Under the pieces are notes generated by a model. It ran no database searches. It saw nothing but the letters and a program-made list of their open reading frames with translations, and was not told the DNA's origin. The position numbers and the translations under genes are program-made. From the NCBI RefSeq assembly GCF_004010195.1, contig NC_057756.1:2404007-2468006 (forward strand): DNA of 64,000 bases. Reading direction: 5' to 3'. The stretch comes from Chiloscyllium plagiosum. Lineage: Eukaryota. Position 1 is the stretch's first letter; every line of letters begins with the position of its first letter. This document shows, piece by piece, positions 26,301 through 39,544 of this stretch.

Positions 26301-27819
26301 CATCTTTACTAGAAGGTTCAGATTTAACTTTTTTTCAGTTTGATAGTGACACCAATCACGGGTAAAAATATTAACAGGTCATCCACTCAGGAAAACGTAC
26401 GAGTCTCAGGGCTTTTATCTGCCACCTGATTCATTGTATACTATGCTCTCTTTAGACGTTGTTTAAATAACTCTATTTAGTCTCTGCATGAGATCCAATA
26501 CATAATATAAATGTGAGTTTTCCGAATTTGGTCCTGTCAATTTTTCTTTAAATATTTTTTGACGGACCTCTCACTTCGTGCCCAATACTAACTCAAAGGA
26601 AATGAACTGAGTAGATTCGTTTGGGGCATCTCTAATGGCCAACAATACGAATTGAATACCTGTATCCCAATCATTTGGCTAATCCTGACAGTATACACTG
26701 AACATGTCTTCAAGTTCGGAAGCCAACTTTCTAAAATTTCCTGGGATTCAGGATCACACACACTGGATTTAAAGTGCTATATGCATAAGCAATCCATAAC
26801 TCGTTAATCATGTTCACATTAAAAATCGATCCTTTTTCTGACTTATTCTCTCTGCGTTGCCCATACCATGTGAAGAAAGTTATTAACTCCTCCAACAACT
26901 TCTTTACCTTGATACATCATAATGGAATTACCTGCGGAAACCTAGTAGACAAATCATGTTTCGTTAACAAGTACTGCTTCCCACTTTTAGTTCTCGGGAG
27001 GGGACCTACACAATCATATAAAAACCCCGTGAATGGTTCTTCAAATGCTGGAATATGTAACACATATGCTGGTTTTATTGCCATCTGTGGCTCACCTACC
27101 ATTTGGCTAATAGAGGAACAGCAAAAGTTAACCACATCTTTGTGCATTCCAGATCAATAAAAATGATTTTGTAACTTAGCTTGTATCTTTCCTACCGCTA
27201 GATTACCTCCTGCAGATAGTTCATGTGCTAACCATAACCTCCTGTCTGTATGCTAGCAGCAACACAATCTGGCGCACTTCAGCCCATTTACCCTCTACAA
27301 TAACATGCCGTGATCTCAAGTTCTGGCTGAGGATTCTGTATTTCAGATTTAAAAAAACTCTGGAATATTCTGTACCTCGTTTTTGGAGAATGCATTCACA
27401 TATAAATATTTTACCATCTTGTATTGCTGTTGAAATTCCCTTAGGCTTTCAGGGCCAAACACGTGCTTTCACGCTATCTGTTCATGGTTTTCGTGCACCA
27501 TTACGTCAAACTGGGTGTTCACTAAATGAAACTCAATTCCTTCATCTCTCTGTTTACTTTTCTCTTCGTGCTGTGATTTATGATAGTGGGATCTGGTTAC
27601 TTCGTAATCCGCGAAATTACAAAGATTTTTCTTTCCTTTAGCTTGTCAGTTTCCTGGTCTCCCTTGGGATTTTCCACAAAGGTGTTTTACCTGCAACTTG
27701 GATCCTGCCAAATCAGTCCCAAGAACAGCCTGAATTCCTGGAATCTGACACTGGGACTGTCACTTCCACTGTTACTTCACCAGTCTTGAGTTGGCATTCC
27801 AACCTGATCTTATATAAGG
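23382..27819 (-). mobile_element. Second degenerate Gmr1-like Gypsy element (3' LTR 23382-24106, RNaseH, RT, INT), truncated by assembly gap
   Basis: RNaseH ORF 24368-24772 (FKVTIDASDLVVGAV..YSTIEKDLL); RT 25822-26004 (EWSSLIIFIPKLDG); integrase 26917-27147 (IPAFEEPFTGFLYDCVGPLPRTKSGKQYLLT); LTR tgctatggc...cataaca. Confidence 0.88.
24961..25455 (+). mobile_element. CR1 3' fragment nested in the Gypsy RT
   Basis: KLERVQKRCTRMLPGL..LNRLGLFSLE; (ctatgact)n tail; Gypsy frame LINLNKTEFAKAEAKFLGH rejoins across the insertion. Confidence 0.92.
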
Positions 27820-28959
27820 NNNNNNNNNNNNNNNNNNNNNNNNNNNNNNNNNNNNNNNNNNNNNNNNNNNNNNNNNNNNNNNNNNNNNNNNNNNNNNNNN
27901 NNNNNNNNNNNNNNNNNNNNNNNNNNNNNNNNNNNNNNNNNNNNNNNNNNNNNNNNNNNNNNNNNNNNNNNNNNNNNNNNNNNNNNNNNNNNNNNNNNNN
28001 NNNNNNNNNNNNNNNNNNNNNNNNNNNNNNNNNNNNNNNNNNNNNNNNNNNNNNNNNNNNNNNNNNNNNNNNNNNNNNNNNNNNNNNNNNNNNNNNNNNN
28101 NNNNNNNNNNNNNNNNNNNNNNNNNNNNNNNNNNNNNNNNNNNNNNNNNNNNNNNNNNNNNNNNNNNNNNNNNNNNNNNNNNNNNNNNNNNNNNNNNNNN
28201 NNNNNNNNNNNNNNNNNNNNNNNNNNNNNNNNNNNNNNNNNNNNNNNNNNNNNNNNNNNNNNNNNNNNNNNNNNNNNNNNNNNNNNNNNNNNNNNNNNNN
28301 NNNNNNNNNNNNNNNNNNNATGATGTTGCTATTTATATATCATCGTACCCAACACCTGCAGCAAAGTGCTGCTTCTTACCTTCATTCAGCAGATTCCACA
28401 CGTTGTGCTTCTGATCAGACATTACCTCGTCCTAATGTACTGATGTCATTCTAAATTATGAAATTTACTTCAACTACTTTTAATTTGTTGTTAGTCCTTA
28501 GAAAACTTCACATATGGTTGGATATTCAGTTCTGATGTCTGTGTGGACATATTCATTTTATGCTGAATAGATCATTCCTATATATCTCTGGACCGTTTTC
28601 ATGAGCTGGACACACACAAGCATTGATACGCTGTGTTGGAAAATGACCAGTGTGCAACGAAAGCTCAGATAGGTAAGGGATGAGGGATGGGGAATTGAGC
28701 TTCCGAAAGAGAAAGCAAAAAGCTGGACAATAGAAACCTAGAAGAGATGGGAATTGCAAACAATATTTATTTGCTGCAGCAGATGTCACATTTGGATGAT
28801 GTGTCCGCAAGGTGTCACTGAATGATGGTACGACGAACTGAAAGGGAAAGAATAAAAAAACTAAGAGAAAATGTATTATGCAAAGATGGATGATATATGT
28901 ATGGATGAAGGAAAATGGAGTCTTGCATTTCAGGAACTATGTTACAAAGCCGGATTGCT

Positions 28960-29735
28960 AGTTACTAGTCTGTTGCAAGTGTGCATTTGAACAAGTGGAT
29001 AGATTGGATGAATATTTCTGTGATGACTTGGAGTATGAGCGACTGTTTAAGAATTCCAGATCACTGGTTACTACTCGACAGAATTTTGAAAAATTCGGAA
29101 TCCATTGGGCTGCACGTGAATTCGATCGAGACCAAGTTTCTGGAGTGAAAATCACCAACAGCCCGTGCTGCACGACCCACGTGAATGTAAAGGTGAAGAA
29201 CGCCCAAAAATGATTCTTCCTATGCAGGAACCTCAGGAAATTCGACATGTTGATAAGTACACTCACCAATACTTATAGAGTCAGCATACAAATTATTCTA
29301 TCTGAATCATTGATGGCTTGGTACAGCTCGCCAAGACCATACAAAAGGATACAGAGAATTGTGAGCACAAACCAGTCCAATAGACAAAACATCCTTCCAT
29401 TAACTGACTCCATCTGCGCTTTTAACGGAAACACAGCCAACATTATTAAACGATTCTTCCAAGTACAGTTATAATCTCCTCCAAATTTTTTTCTGGCTGG
29501 TGGAAGGAACAAACGCTTATACACACATGCTAACAAAGTCAAGAACAGATTATTCCTGGTGGTGTTCGACTTCTGAAAGGGCCACTCAAATTTAAAAGTG
29601 TATCATGTGTTTTGCAAATCTTCCACGCGCTGTTCCATCGTCAATGATATTCGTTGGTATGATCTGCATGAAATGTACAGAAAAGAAAACTCTTAACTGT
29701 AACTAAGTACATGTGACAATAATAAATAATACCAT
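28960..29735 (+). mobile_element. Degenerate Rex1/L2-type non-LTR retrotransposon 3' fragment
   Basis: GVKITNSP..THVNVKVKNAQK*FFLCRNLRKF..YRVSIQIILSESLMAWY; 3' end gtgacaataataaa. Confidence 0.7.
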
Positions 29736-30447
29736 ATCAAATCGCCAATTATCAGTTGTGCTGGTGGATGCACTTCATTAGCCAACTGTTTGGATTAATT
29801 CCTACTTTTGGAATAATTCGATGTTGTGAACATTATGCAAGAGCTTGCAAACTGATATCGGTAGCATTTCAACAAAATCAGTAATGTAGTTAGGGGAAAA
29901 ATAAAATTGAAGTTAGTCATATGCAGATATATCTTTGTCTTTTGCAACTATTCCTGAGGGTGAAAAAATAATGACGAGTTATTCATTTTTATTTCATGAC
30001 ATCAGATTGTGATTGCCGGTGTACACCAGGTTTCAGTGGCAGATTCGAAGCAAATTACACTGCAGAAAGCCACTCTCTTCAACTTCGAAATAGAATGGAA
30101 AGGTACATCTCTCAGTCACAAGTTGAAAACTGTATTTTCAGCAAGGCATTTAAACAATATTGAACAGATCCATACTTTGTTTCCTCATCCAGAGATTTGT
30201 TTTCACATTTAATTACCAATTAATTGAGAGCATGGCCGCGTGCAACGAAACGAGATTTCGATCCAAATTGCAATTCTGTCACTTTTGCTGTTAAGAGTCC
30301 TAGCAAACGGTATTAAAACACCATGGACTAAGGCTGGTAAAGAAGACAGCTTAACTCGACTGCACTTAACATGTATTCACTGAAATATAAAACTAGGATT
30401 GGTTTTCCTTTTATTTGCATTTGGTATTCCGTTCTTTATCCCTGCAG

Positions 30448-30465
30448 TTCTTTTGAAAGAACAAA
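30448..30465 (+). CDS. 18-nt variant of type-B micro-exon, (V)LLKEQ
   Basis: ttctttatccctgcAG|TTCTTTTGAAAGAACAAA|GTaaca; 17/18 identical to the start of the 52424 exon; frame-preserving but weak donor. Confidence 0.55.
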
Positions 30466-33400
30466 GTAACATCATGTCCACTGCAAGTTTAATCTTGTTT
30501 TTTTCTAATTTTTCATGCTATGATTTTAGAACTGTTCCTGTGAATGGTCGCCAGTGAGGAAAATGGATGGAGTTTTGTGATTATATTGAAGATTAGGCAA
30601 AAATCGTTGGCAACATCCATTGAATCTCGCAAGAAGTACATTTCTGATTCTGTTGGGGCAGGGGGGGGGGTCTACATTACATGATTTGAGACCATAATAA
30701 CATCCTTTGACAGACAAAGACATGAATACATTTGTTGAATAAAAAACGATATTGTGATAATCGATTGGAAAACACTGAATACAACACAATATTTTACCCA
30801 TTCCACATTGCTATGTGCAATGAATATAAAAAGAATCATGTGTCTTCAAATACATATTTGCAGAGATATGAATGGTGATAGTGCCATGTAGGTGATTGAG
30901 CAAGTAAAATGCCATTGTGTTCAAGACGGAGGAAGACAGACAGAGAATCACAGCGACAGAGAAACAAATTCTATTGATTGAAGTAGGATTTGTGGATAGG
31001 ATAATGCATATGCTTTAGCTGATGTCACGTTCCACGTTTTTCAGTCTTGTAGAAATCTCTTGCGTCTTCCAAGTACAAGTGAAAGCAACTACAATAGTTC
31101 TGGTAGGCCATTTGTCGTTGATACACACATTAACCAAAATTGACAGGAAAGCTTCAAAGTTGTTGGTCGAAAATATGACAACATCAGTCGGGCAGTGGAA
31201 GTTTAATATTGCTCTGCACCAGTAAGTCACAATACAGGAAATATAGAAAATATACAGGCCAAATCCAACCGTGGCAGGAATGCTGGCTCCAGGATTATTT
31301 CTAATTTTGAAAGTAAGTTGGAGAGAAAGTAAATATATTTGACTTGCAAATCTAAATGTTGTCAGAGACGAGAACCATATCCTACATGAATTAACATACT
31401 TGTGCGTTTTCTCAATCACTGTTATGGACTGGATCGTTTGTAATCATCAAGAATCATTCGGAATGTATTTCACTGAGTATAAGTATCTTGAATCGCATGC
31501 ACAATTTGCAAACCAAACTTATTTCCATCGTGTTTTACTGGCAAACATAAGACATGGATACATAATAAGTGTAAGTTAAAAAAAGGACGGCAGACCAATA
31601 TATTATTTTAAATTGATGTCACTTGGACACCTTTCTCTCGGCTATGTACATTCTTAAGGCAAAACAAAACTGATCAAGGAATTCCTCATTCTCACGGACC
31701 AGAAACACATAGAAGAATAAGGGCATATGGAGACATAGTGATAATAACGCCTATGCATTTGATTCCATGAAAGAAAGAGTAAACGAAACATAAATCCCCA
31801 AATGGATCAAGTTGACAAGTGTTTATCTTTTAGTCAAGTATGTGTTTACTAAAGATTTTAGGCTGTTTTTTTTTCCTTGTTCATAGATGTAAACGCAGAA
31901 ATAGATACGTACAGTTAAGAAAACGCAGATACTAATGTACAACTTTCTGTCGACGGCTGCAAAGAATAACTCTCACCGAACTCCAACTTTGCATTTCTTG
32001 CGTTTTTATTGAAGACATTTTCTTTTATCTGTTAATTATGTCCCACATGTAATTCATGTTTTGGTGAAAAGTCATTTTTTCCCAGATGCATCATTACTGA
32101 GCGCAGTGTGGTTTTGATGCAGTCAAAATCCTTTTAAGGACCAAGTTTTAAGAATAAATCTACAATGAAATACCAGAAATAACGATTAATGCAATGAATG
32201 TCCAGAATTATTGGAGTGAGTACCTTAAGTTTGCAAATTGAAGCAAATCTTGAACTCATCAGAAAACCAACGTCTTCAGCATACTCCAGTACTTATTGGA
32301 AGATGTAACTGAGAAAACATGGATATTATCCTGAAATAGTACAAAATATAACTCAAATATTTAAAGAAATACTTCGACTGCTTGTTCGGAAATCATTGTC
32401 CTGAAACTTGGAATATCCAATAATATCAGGTTAAGTGTGCAGGATTCTACCACAGACATTTCTTCAGATGTTTAGGAATATTTGTAAAGGAGTAGTGGAG
32501 CAACATGTATTTATTTCTTTGAACAAATCAATGTCAGAATTCATGACCAGCAGGCATGATACAAGTCACTTAAGTCTATGATGTTAACGATATTACTTCA
32601 AATCTGCCCATCAGGACATTAATGTCAGCACATATAGACGGGTTTTGCAGAATTACACTTTTAACAGATGCAAATTAAAGTAAATACACATTCACATCCT
32701 TTCGATGACAACTCAGAGGTGTACATGCATCATGGTTATTTTGTCTCTGTGCGTTAGTTGGCATTTATCTTAACTTCGGAGGTTCAGTTATGCTACTTTA
32801 TGTGGTATCGTTGGCTATGATATTTACTAAATCTATCACACAAAGAGACATGGCAAGCTAGTCTAGTGGATTGCCATCTGAAAAGTTGTGATAGTCACTT
32901 CTCAGACATGGCCATTTCAAATATTAATTTTCGTCCGGATTTTACCAGTTGATCAACTTTATTTCTATTGCTTGAACGTTTTTTTTAAGAAATCCTCCCT
33001 TATGTCACGCTTCTTCGCGCTACAACAATATTAGTCAATAGTCGTGAGTTAATCACATTATGTCTCTTTCCAGTTTCGCTTAAAACGCTTATCCTGAGTC
33101 ATGTTCTGGAATCGTTGCACTCCATTTGGTATAGGCACATCTCTACATTTTCTTTCTTTCGGAAATTCCACAATTTGGATCCAGAAATGATTAACAGAAA
33201 ATCAGTTACTATCAAAGTTATAACTTCCAAGATTGAATGCAAAAGACCTGCAATTATACAAGTGAATAAGTTGAAAAGACAACTGACATGAATGAATGAA
33301 TATTATAAGTACTTTAAACTTATCTCATTGATCAGAACATTGATCTGCCATCCTGATGTCTCAGCTAGATACTAAACTATTTTAAATGCTCCCATAAATG

Positions 33401-34819
33401 CTTTCAATTAGAACGTAAATGAAATAAATGATTCACAGTTTCTTTTTAAAGTAAAACGTTCTCAGAATTTGTCAAAATGACAAAAGCAACATTAATTGAA
33501 TTCCATATGTGAAGCCAAGAAGTGATGATTAGTTGCTCCATTTATGCTCTGCAATGCATGTGGTAATGACACTACTGCAGTGACATTAAGGACAAGTTTC
33601 CAATAGATTGACACATGCTTAATAACAACAATGAAACCAATATTAACTGCTTACCCACCAATCAAATTCTAGAGATCTCTTCACATAACAGGCACATGCT
33701 TTAAAGGGACGTTTTATGATTTAGCAGATCATCATAAGCTTCCAAATGTTCCCTCAGCTATATCTCGAATTTCTAGTGGATTGATTCTGAATTCTCACGT
33801 AGCATATGTTTTTGGATATAAAGTCCATTGCTGTGTGAGTCATTAGTTCCCAGGTACTTAAAAAAAGGAAGCATAATTTTTTGCTTTCTATGACAAATAA
33901 AAGTGCAGGGTTTTATATTCCTTACATTGTAACGAATAATGAAGGATAATTTCCTGCAAATACAGATATAATTATTTAAATTATACTTTCCGTTCTTCCA
34001 TTGTCTGTGACTAGTTTTAGATAATACAGCATTTCTTGGCAGAATTAAACCAGAACAAAAGTGATTTGTAGCTCAACCTGGACTTCTGTTTTCGAGAAAT
34101 TTATAAATTCCGTTCTTTTGTTATCACATTGTTTTCAGATCAGTTCAGTTTACTCTGCGAACAATTTTTGCTTTGTCACCAGCATTTAATGTAAGGTGCT
34201 GGTCTGACGATTACTTGATACTTCTTGCAACTGTTGCAACTATCTGTATTCAGGAGAATCTTCTGTCTTCACGATACAACGTGGTAAATATATTGTTCTT
34301 TGATTCCTGAGAATCTCATGCATACAAATTATTCTCAAGCATGATGCACATATGTCATGTGAATATTAATGTGAATATGATTTCTCCAAAGTTCACATAT
34401 GCCTGCGTGTCCTGCTTCCATAACTTTCTGAAGCATATGTCTTCATCCAGAATATGTAGACATGCGGAACCGAATGAACTCTTTCTCTGAATATAAACAT
34501 CAGCCACGTCACGGCCGAAGGAATAATGATAAATCAAATTCTAGTGAGAGGTGAAATGCATCGAGCAAATTGAGAAGTGTTTTGTTATCCAAGAATAACG
34601 GAGCAGAATTATCACACTTGAAATAAGGGAGTTGAATGAACAAATATCCGAAACATTAGAAGATAATTTGAAGTGAAGTGAAGAAATCAATGATTCAAAG
34701 TTGCTCAAAGTTAAGGGAAATGCAAATCAATTGCGAGGTGATTCCTTCTCGAATTTACACGTGTAGAAAAGATGAGCACTTAGTCTGCTTGGTATAACAT
34801 CCACATTATTGACTCAGGT

Positions 34820-35310
34820 ACAATTATTTATCGGCCTTCACCGGATTCCGGATCACCAGTGTGGACAGTGTGATGCTGGCTAAGCCCAGCAGCATCCTCA
34901 AAGCAGAAGAATCGACCTTTCGGTCCTAATCCCTTCATCATGAATGAGGAAAGTGCGCCACGGGGTGCTGACTGATAAAGGGGAGGGTGTGAGGCTTGGA
35001 GGAAGGTAACTGGGAATGTGACATTTAGACGAAGGTGCATGTGAAAGAAATAGGTTGGAAGGGAGAGTGCAGCGAATGTGTGAGAAGGAAGGAAGATGTA
35101 AAGGTAAAGGGGCGCTGCTGAGCCACAGGCTTGGGACTGGGGTAAGGTTGGGAGTGGAAGTGAGGAAAATGTTGAAATCCAGATTAATCTTGCGTGATGG
35201 CAGGTTTGCAAGGCGAAGATGAGGCATTCTTCCTCCAGCCGTCGGTTGGAAAGAGTTAAACGATCGAGGAGGCCAAGGACCTGCATGTCCTGGTGGAGTC
35301 AAAGGTAAAG
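34820..35310 (-). mobile_element. Penelope pLTR (family 1), inverted relative to adjacent coding body; decayed hammerhead at 34914-34941
   Basis: RRLEEECLIFALQT C-terminal motif shared with the 46465 element; minus strand aTGATGAagggattaggaccGAAAGGTC. Confidence 0.8.
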
Positions 35311-35329
35311 TCAAAGCGTTTATTTTTTT

Positions 35330-36965
35330 TATTTAAAACTGCCGCCGCAAATTGACTGCCTCAACCTGTCCGTAACTCTCAACCACTCCAACCTGTCACC
35401 CTCACAACGCTCAGCCCTCCACTCCCTCTCCTTTAACACTCTGATTACAACCAAACCAGCAAACGAGATGTGCACGGTTGTAGTTTGCTTTACTGACCTT
35501 GTTCACCACTGAAGCCAGGAGATATCCTTGCAGATACCATCTCCTATTGCCCTCAAAGACCACTTCACCTACCATCCGCAAACCATCGTCTCCCAGACCA
35601 TTCACAAATTCATCATGTGGGAATTTCTCCCACCCAGAGTCTCCATACATTTTTCCCAGGATCCCGCACCACCCGCTTCTCCATCCTCCCAAAAATTCAC
35701 AAACCTGACTGACCTGGTCAACAAACTGTCTCAGCCTGTACCTACCTCGCCAAATTCAGCTCTGCCTACCATGAAACTGTCCTGCCCACATAGTTCATGA
35801 ATCTACATTCGAGACACCACCAATGCCCTTCCCCTCCTCAATACTTTCCTTTCCTCAGCCCCCAATGTCTTATCTTGAACATGGGCATCCATTCCCTCAA
35901 CACGTTAATACACCACAATGAAGATCTCAAATCCGTCTGCTTCTTCTTCTCATACGATCAACCAATAACCCTTCACTGACGCTCTCATTGGCCTGGCTGA
36001 ATTTTCACTCAACTTCAACAACTTCTCCTCTCAATCCTCCCACTACCTCCAAATAATCGGCAAACCATGGACATCCGTATGGATCCTAGCTATGACTGCC
36101 TCTTTGTCGGGTACGTGGAACAGTCCATTTCCCACCGGTGCATCAGCACCAGTCCCCACTGCTACGTCGATATTTGTATCGATGCTGCCTCGTGCTCTCA
36201 CGACGAGGTTGAACAGTTTCTCACCTTCATAAACACTTTCTGCAAAGTCATCTGATTCATTTGGACCATCTCGGACCTTTCCCTCCTCTTTCTGGACCTC
36301 TCCATCTCCATCTCTGGCGACCAATTTAACACAGACATTTACGACAAACGCACTCACTCCCACAGCTACCTGGATGAGACCTCATCCCACCTTATATCCT
36401 GTATAAACACCGTCCTTTATTCCCAATTCCATCGCCTCCGCTGCTTCTGCCATTGAACATCCCAGATAGCCTCATTTTTCAGAGACTGCAATTTCCCCTT
36501 CCATTTGGTCGAGATGCCTCCAGCGCATATTCTCCACATCCCACTCCACCACCCTTGAAATCCACTCCTTTAATCACTAACAGGAACAGAATACACCAAT
36601 TCTCACCTTCTAACCCACCAAATTCCACAAAGATTATATCATGCTACGCCATCTGTTACCTGCGAACAGACTCCACCCCTAGGCACATATTTCCCTCCTC
36701 ACCTCAATCTGTGTGCTGGGGAGACCATTTCTTCCGTGAGTCCCTCGTCATATCCACGCCCACAAATAGTCCAACCACACAAAGTGGCAATTTTCCCGGC
36801 CACCGCAGGAAGTGCAAAACGTACTCCCACACGTCCCACCTCTATCCAAGGTTCCAAAGAATGTTTTCACACCTTTCAAATATTTGCCTGTACTTCCACA
36901 CACTTTATCTGCTGTACCCGTTGTGTTCAGTGTGATTTCCTCTACATCGGACAGACAGGTCATAC
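35330..36965 (+). mobile_element. Degenerate Penelope-like element RT and GIY-YIG endonuclease
   Basis: MDPSYDCLFVGYVEQS..YVDIC (matches MGVSYACLFVGYVEQS..YIDDC of the 46465 element); CTSTHFICCTRCVQCDFLYIGQTG. Confidence 0.88.
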
Positions 36966-37486
36966 ACCGAAATGTCATCCTGGCTGCCACTGAAGTAACA
37001 TGGAACACCAAACAGCCCACAGACACCATAGGCAATCTGAAAATCCCCAGGCACCCTACTAGCCCAGAGAAACAGATGGATAACCCTGAGTGCATCAGAA
37101 AGGAAAATTTTAAAAGGATTCATGGATAAGAAAAACACTATTAAGCTAACCATGAATATAGGGTCATGACTTTATAATGAACAGACGGACTATTTTGAGA
37201 AATCATCGCCTCGCCAGGTCAGTACCGACGGCTGCCACCGGATGGAGAATGATTGCACAAAGCATACCAGGACAGCTTTCTGAGCTTGATTAAGTTTTCT
37301 GTGCAACAGATTTCTTGTCTATATGTCTATGTTGTCTTTGTTGTTGATGTGTGTCAGCTTAACCAGTGTTTTTTTTAGAGTGTAATTCTCTTTCTGGTTC
37401 TGGTTATAATTTTGACGATAGTGTGGCTTTTTCCAGAGTTATCGTCTGTTTTCATTGTCGAATTCCGTGCTGGAAAAGAACAACAT

Positions 37487-38548
37487 GTCAGGCACCGTCC
37501 GAGGGAGAGGGGAATCGGCTTTTCCCGAAAGAACCCTTCATCACGAATGAGGCTTGTGATCCGAGGGGTGGAGAGATAAATGCGAGGGCTGTTGGTCTGG
37601 CGTTAGGTATCTGGGCGTGCGATCGGTATATAGAGGTCGTGGTAAAGGTCGCAGTATGGAAAGAAGGGTGCAGCGGATTATTGGGAAGGAAGATGGACAT
37701 GTAGGGCAGTTCACGAGGGTGGTGCCGAGTTGGAAGGCTGGAAGTGGGATAAGTTTGGTGGAGGAGAAATTCAGAAACTGCTGAAGACCACATTTATGCC
37801 ATATGGTTGAGGGTCCCAAGGCAGAAGATGAGGCAGTCTTCCTCCAAACGTCGGTTGGATAGGGTGTGGCGATGGCGCATGTGCAGTGCCTGAATATCCT
37901 TGGTCGAGTAGGAGACGGAGTTAGGCAGCGGGGCAGTGCGGTTGTGTGGTGTGGCTGTCTCGGAGATATTACTGAACCACTCTGCAAGTCGGCATCCTGT
38001 CTCCCCAGTGTCTCCCCAAGGGAGATTGCATTGGGCGCACTTTATTTCCCTCTCCCACTCCTCCAAAGACATGCAGGTCTTGGGATGCACCATCACAACA
38101 CACTCACCACAAGGTGCCTGGAGGAAAGATACCTCATCTTCACCCTTGGAACCCTCCAACCACACGGTAACAATGTTGTCTTTAACAGTGTCCTCAGTTC
38201 ATCTCCCGTTAACTTATCGCAAATTCAAACTTCCAAGGCAGCACCACCCGTATGACCTGGCGAACATGTCTATCTTCCTTCGAATAGATCTGCTCCACGC
38301 TCCCTTCTGACCTATGACATTAATTCCTACTTCTATCTAAATTCACACTCTAAGCTACCTTGCCCCTAGCCACACCCCCTCCCATTTATCTTTCCACCAC
38401 TCGGTTGACAATCCTCATTCCTGATGAAGGGCTCTTGTCGGAAACGTCAAATCTCCTTCTCCTCGGGTACTGACTGACGTACTGTTTTTTTTTCCAGCAC
38501 CATGCTCTCGATTCTGATCTCCTGCATTTGCAGTACTCACGCTGTCCT
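37487..38548. mobile_element. Two Penelope 3' ends/pLTRs in inverted orientation (37487-38010 minus; 38020-38548 plus)
   Basis: GETGCRLAEWF..RRLEEDCLIFCLGTL (minus) and RCLEERYLIFTLGTLQPHG (plus); plus copy ends gcagtactcac near 38540. Confidence 0.82.
38421..38448 (+). ncRNA. Minimal hammerhead motif, stem II partly decayed
   Basis: CTGATGA-a-gggc-tctt-gtcg-GAAAC-GTC. Confidence 0.6.
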
Positions 38549-38559
38549 AGTTTATTGTT

Positions 38560-39525
38560 CATTGATCAACCCGAACCCGAGCCCTAACCACATTAAAAGC
38601 ATAATCTCCAACATCAAGGTTACGAGGGATGAAGAGAAAAATAATCAACTCCCAATCCTAGACTTTATGGCAGAACGGATGAACAACGGGGGATTTACTG
38701 TGAAACTATAAAGTTTAACAACTACATGAACCATATCTGCAACTGCAATATCAACCATCCAAATTCTGCAAATGGAGCTGCGTCAGGACACTATTCAAAA
38801 GAGTGGTTACACGCTGCAACAAAGAAATAACAGCACAAAGAAGAGGAAGAACACATAAACAAAATTTTTGCTAAAAATACATATCCGAGTAGGGTTGTCC
38901 ACCGATGCCTGTCCAACAGACAACTCCAAGAAGATACCACACCTTCCAACACATTGTGAACCTTAACCTATGTGGTGAACATATTAGAATTATCTACCAG
39001 GCTGCTACGACCATTTGGAATTATGTTAGCAAAGCAACCAACAGCCACACCACGCCACCTATGTAACACTAAAAATGAACCCAAATGCAGAACATGTAGA
39101 ACCAACGTGGCACACGAAGTCCCTTGCAACAACTGCAGTCAGCACTACATCGGAAAAACCGGAAGGAAACAAGTCATGCGACTGGAAGAACACCAACTAG
39201 CTACTAAATGTCATGATTCACATTTCCTCATCTCTAGACACACAGACCAAGAGAGCTATAAATTCGAGTATACAAATAAACACTGTAGAACAAACCAACC
39301 AGAGCCACGCAAGAGAGTTCTTGGAGCTTGATTCTCTTCCAAATAGGACATCAACAGACTCATAGACGTACACCCAGTGAGAAAACCGTTCCAGAGAAGA
39401 TGCGGAAGTGCCATCACACCAGCAGCCCAGAACACAGCGGGAAAGAATAACAGCGGTTCATGCAGATTTCATTTATAGTGTCATCCAGCATGATAACGAA
39501 AGGTCTGCATGATAACCTAGCAGCT
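38560..39525 (+). mobile_element. Penelope-like element, second family (RT C-terminus and GIY-YIG), degenerate
   Basis: IKVTRDEEKNNQLPILDF; TNVAHEVPCNNCSQHYIGKTGRK..RLEEHQLA; decayed hammerhead-like end gtcatccagcatgataacgaaaggtctgc near 39480-39510. Confidence 0.82.
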
Positions 39526-39544
39526 CTGCATCCACTCTACGTCT

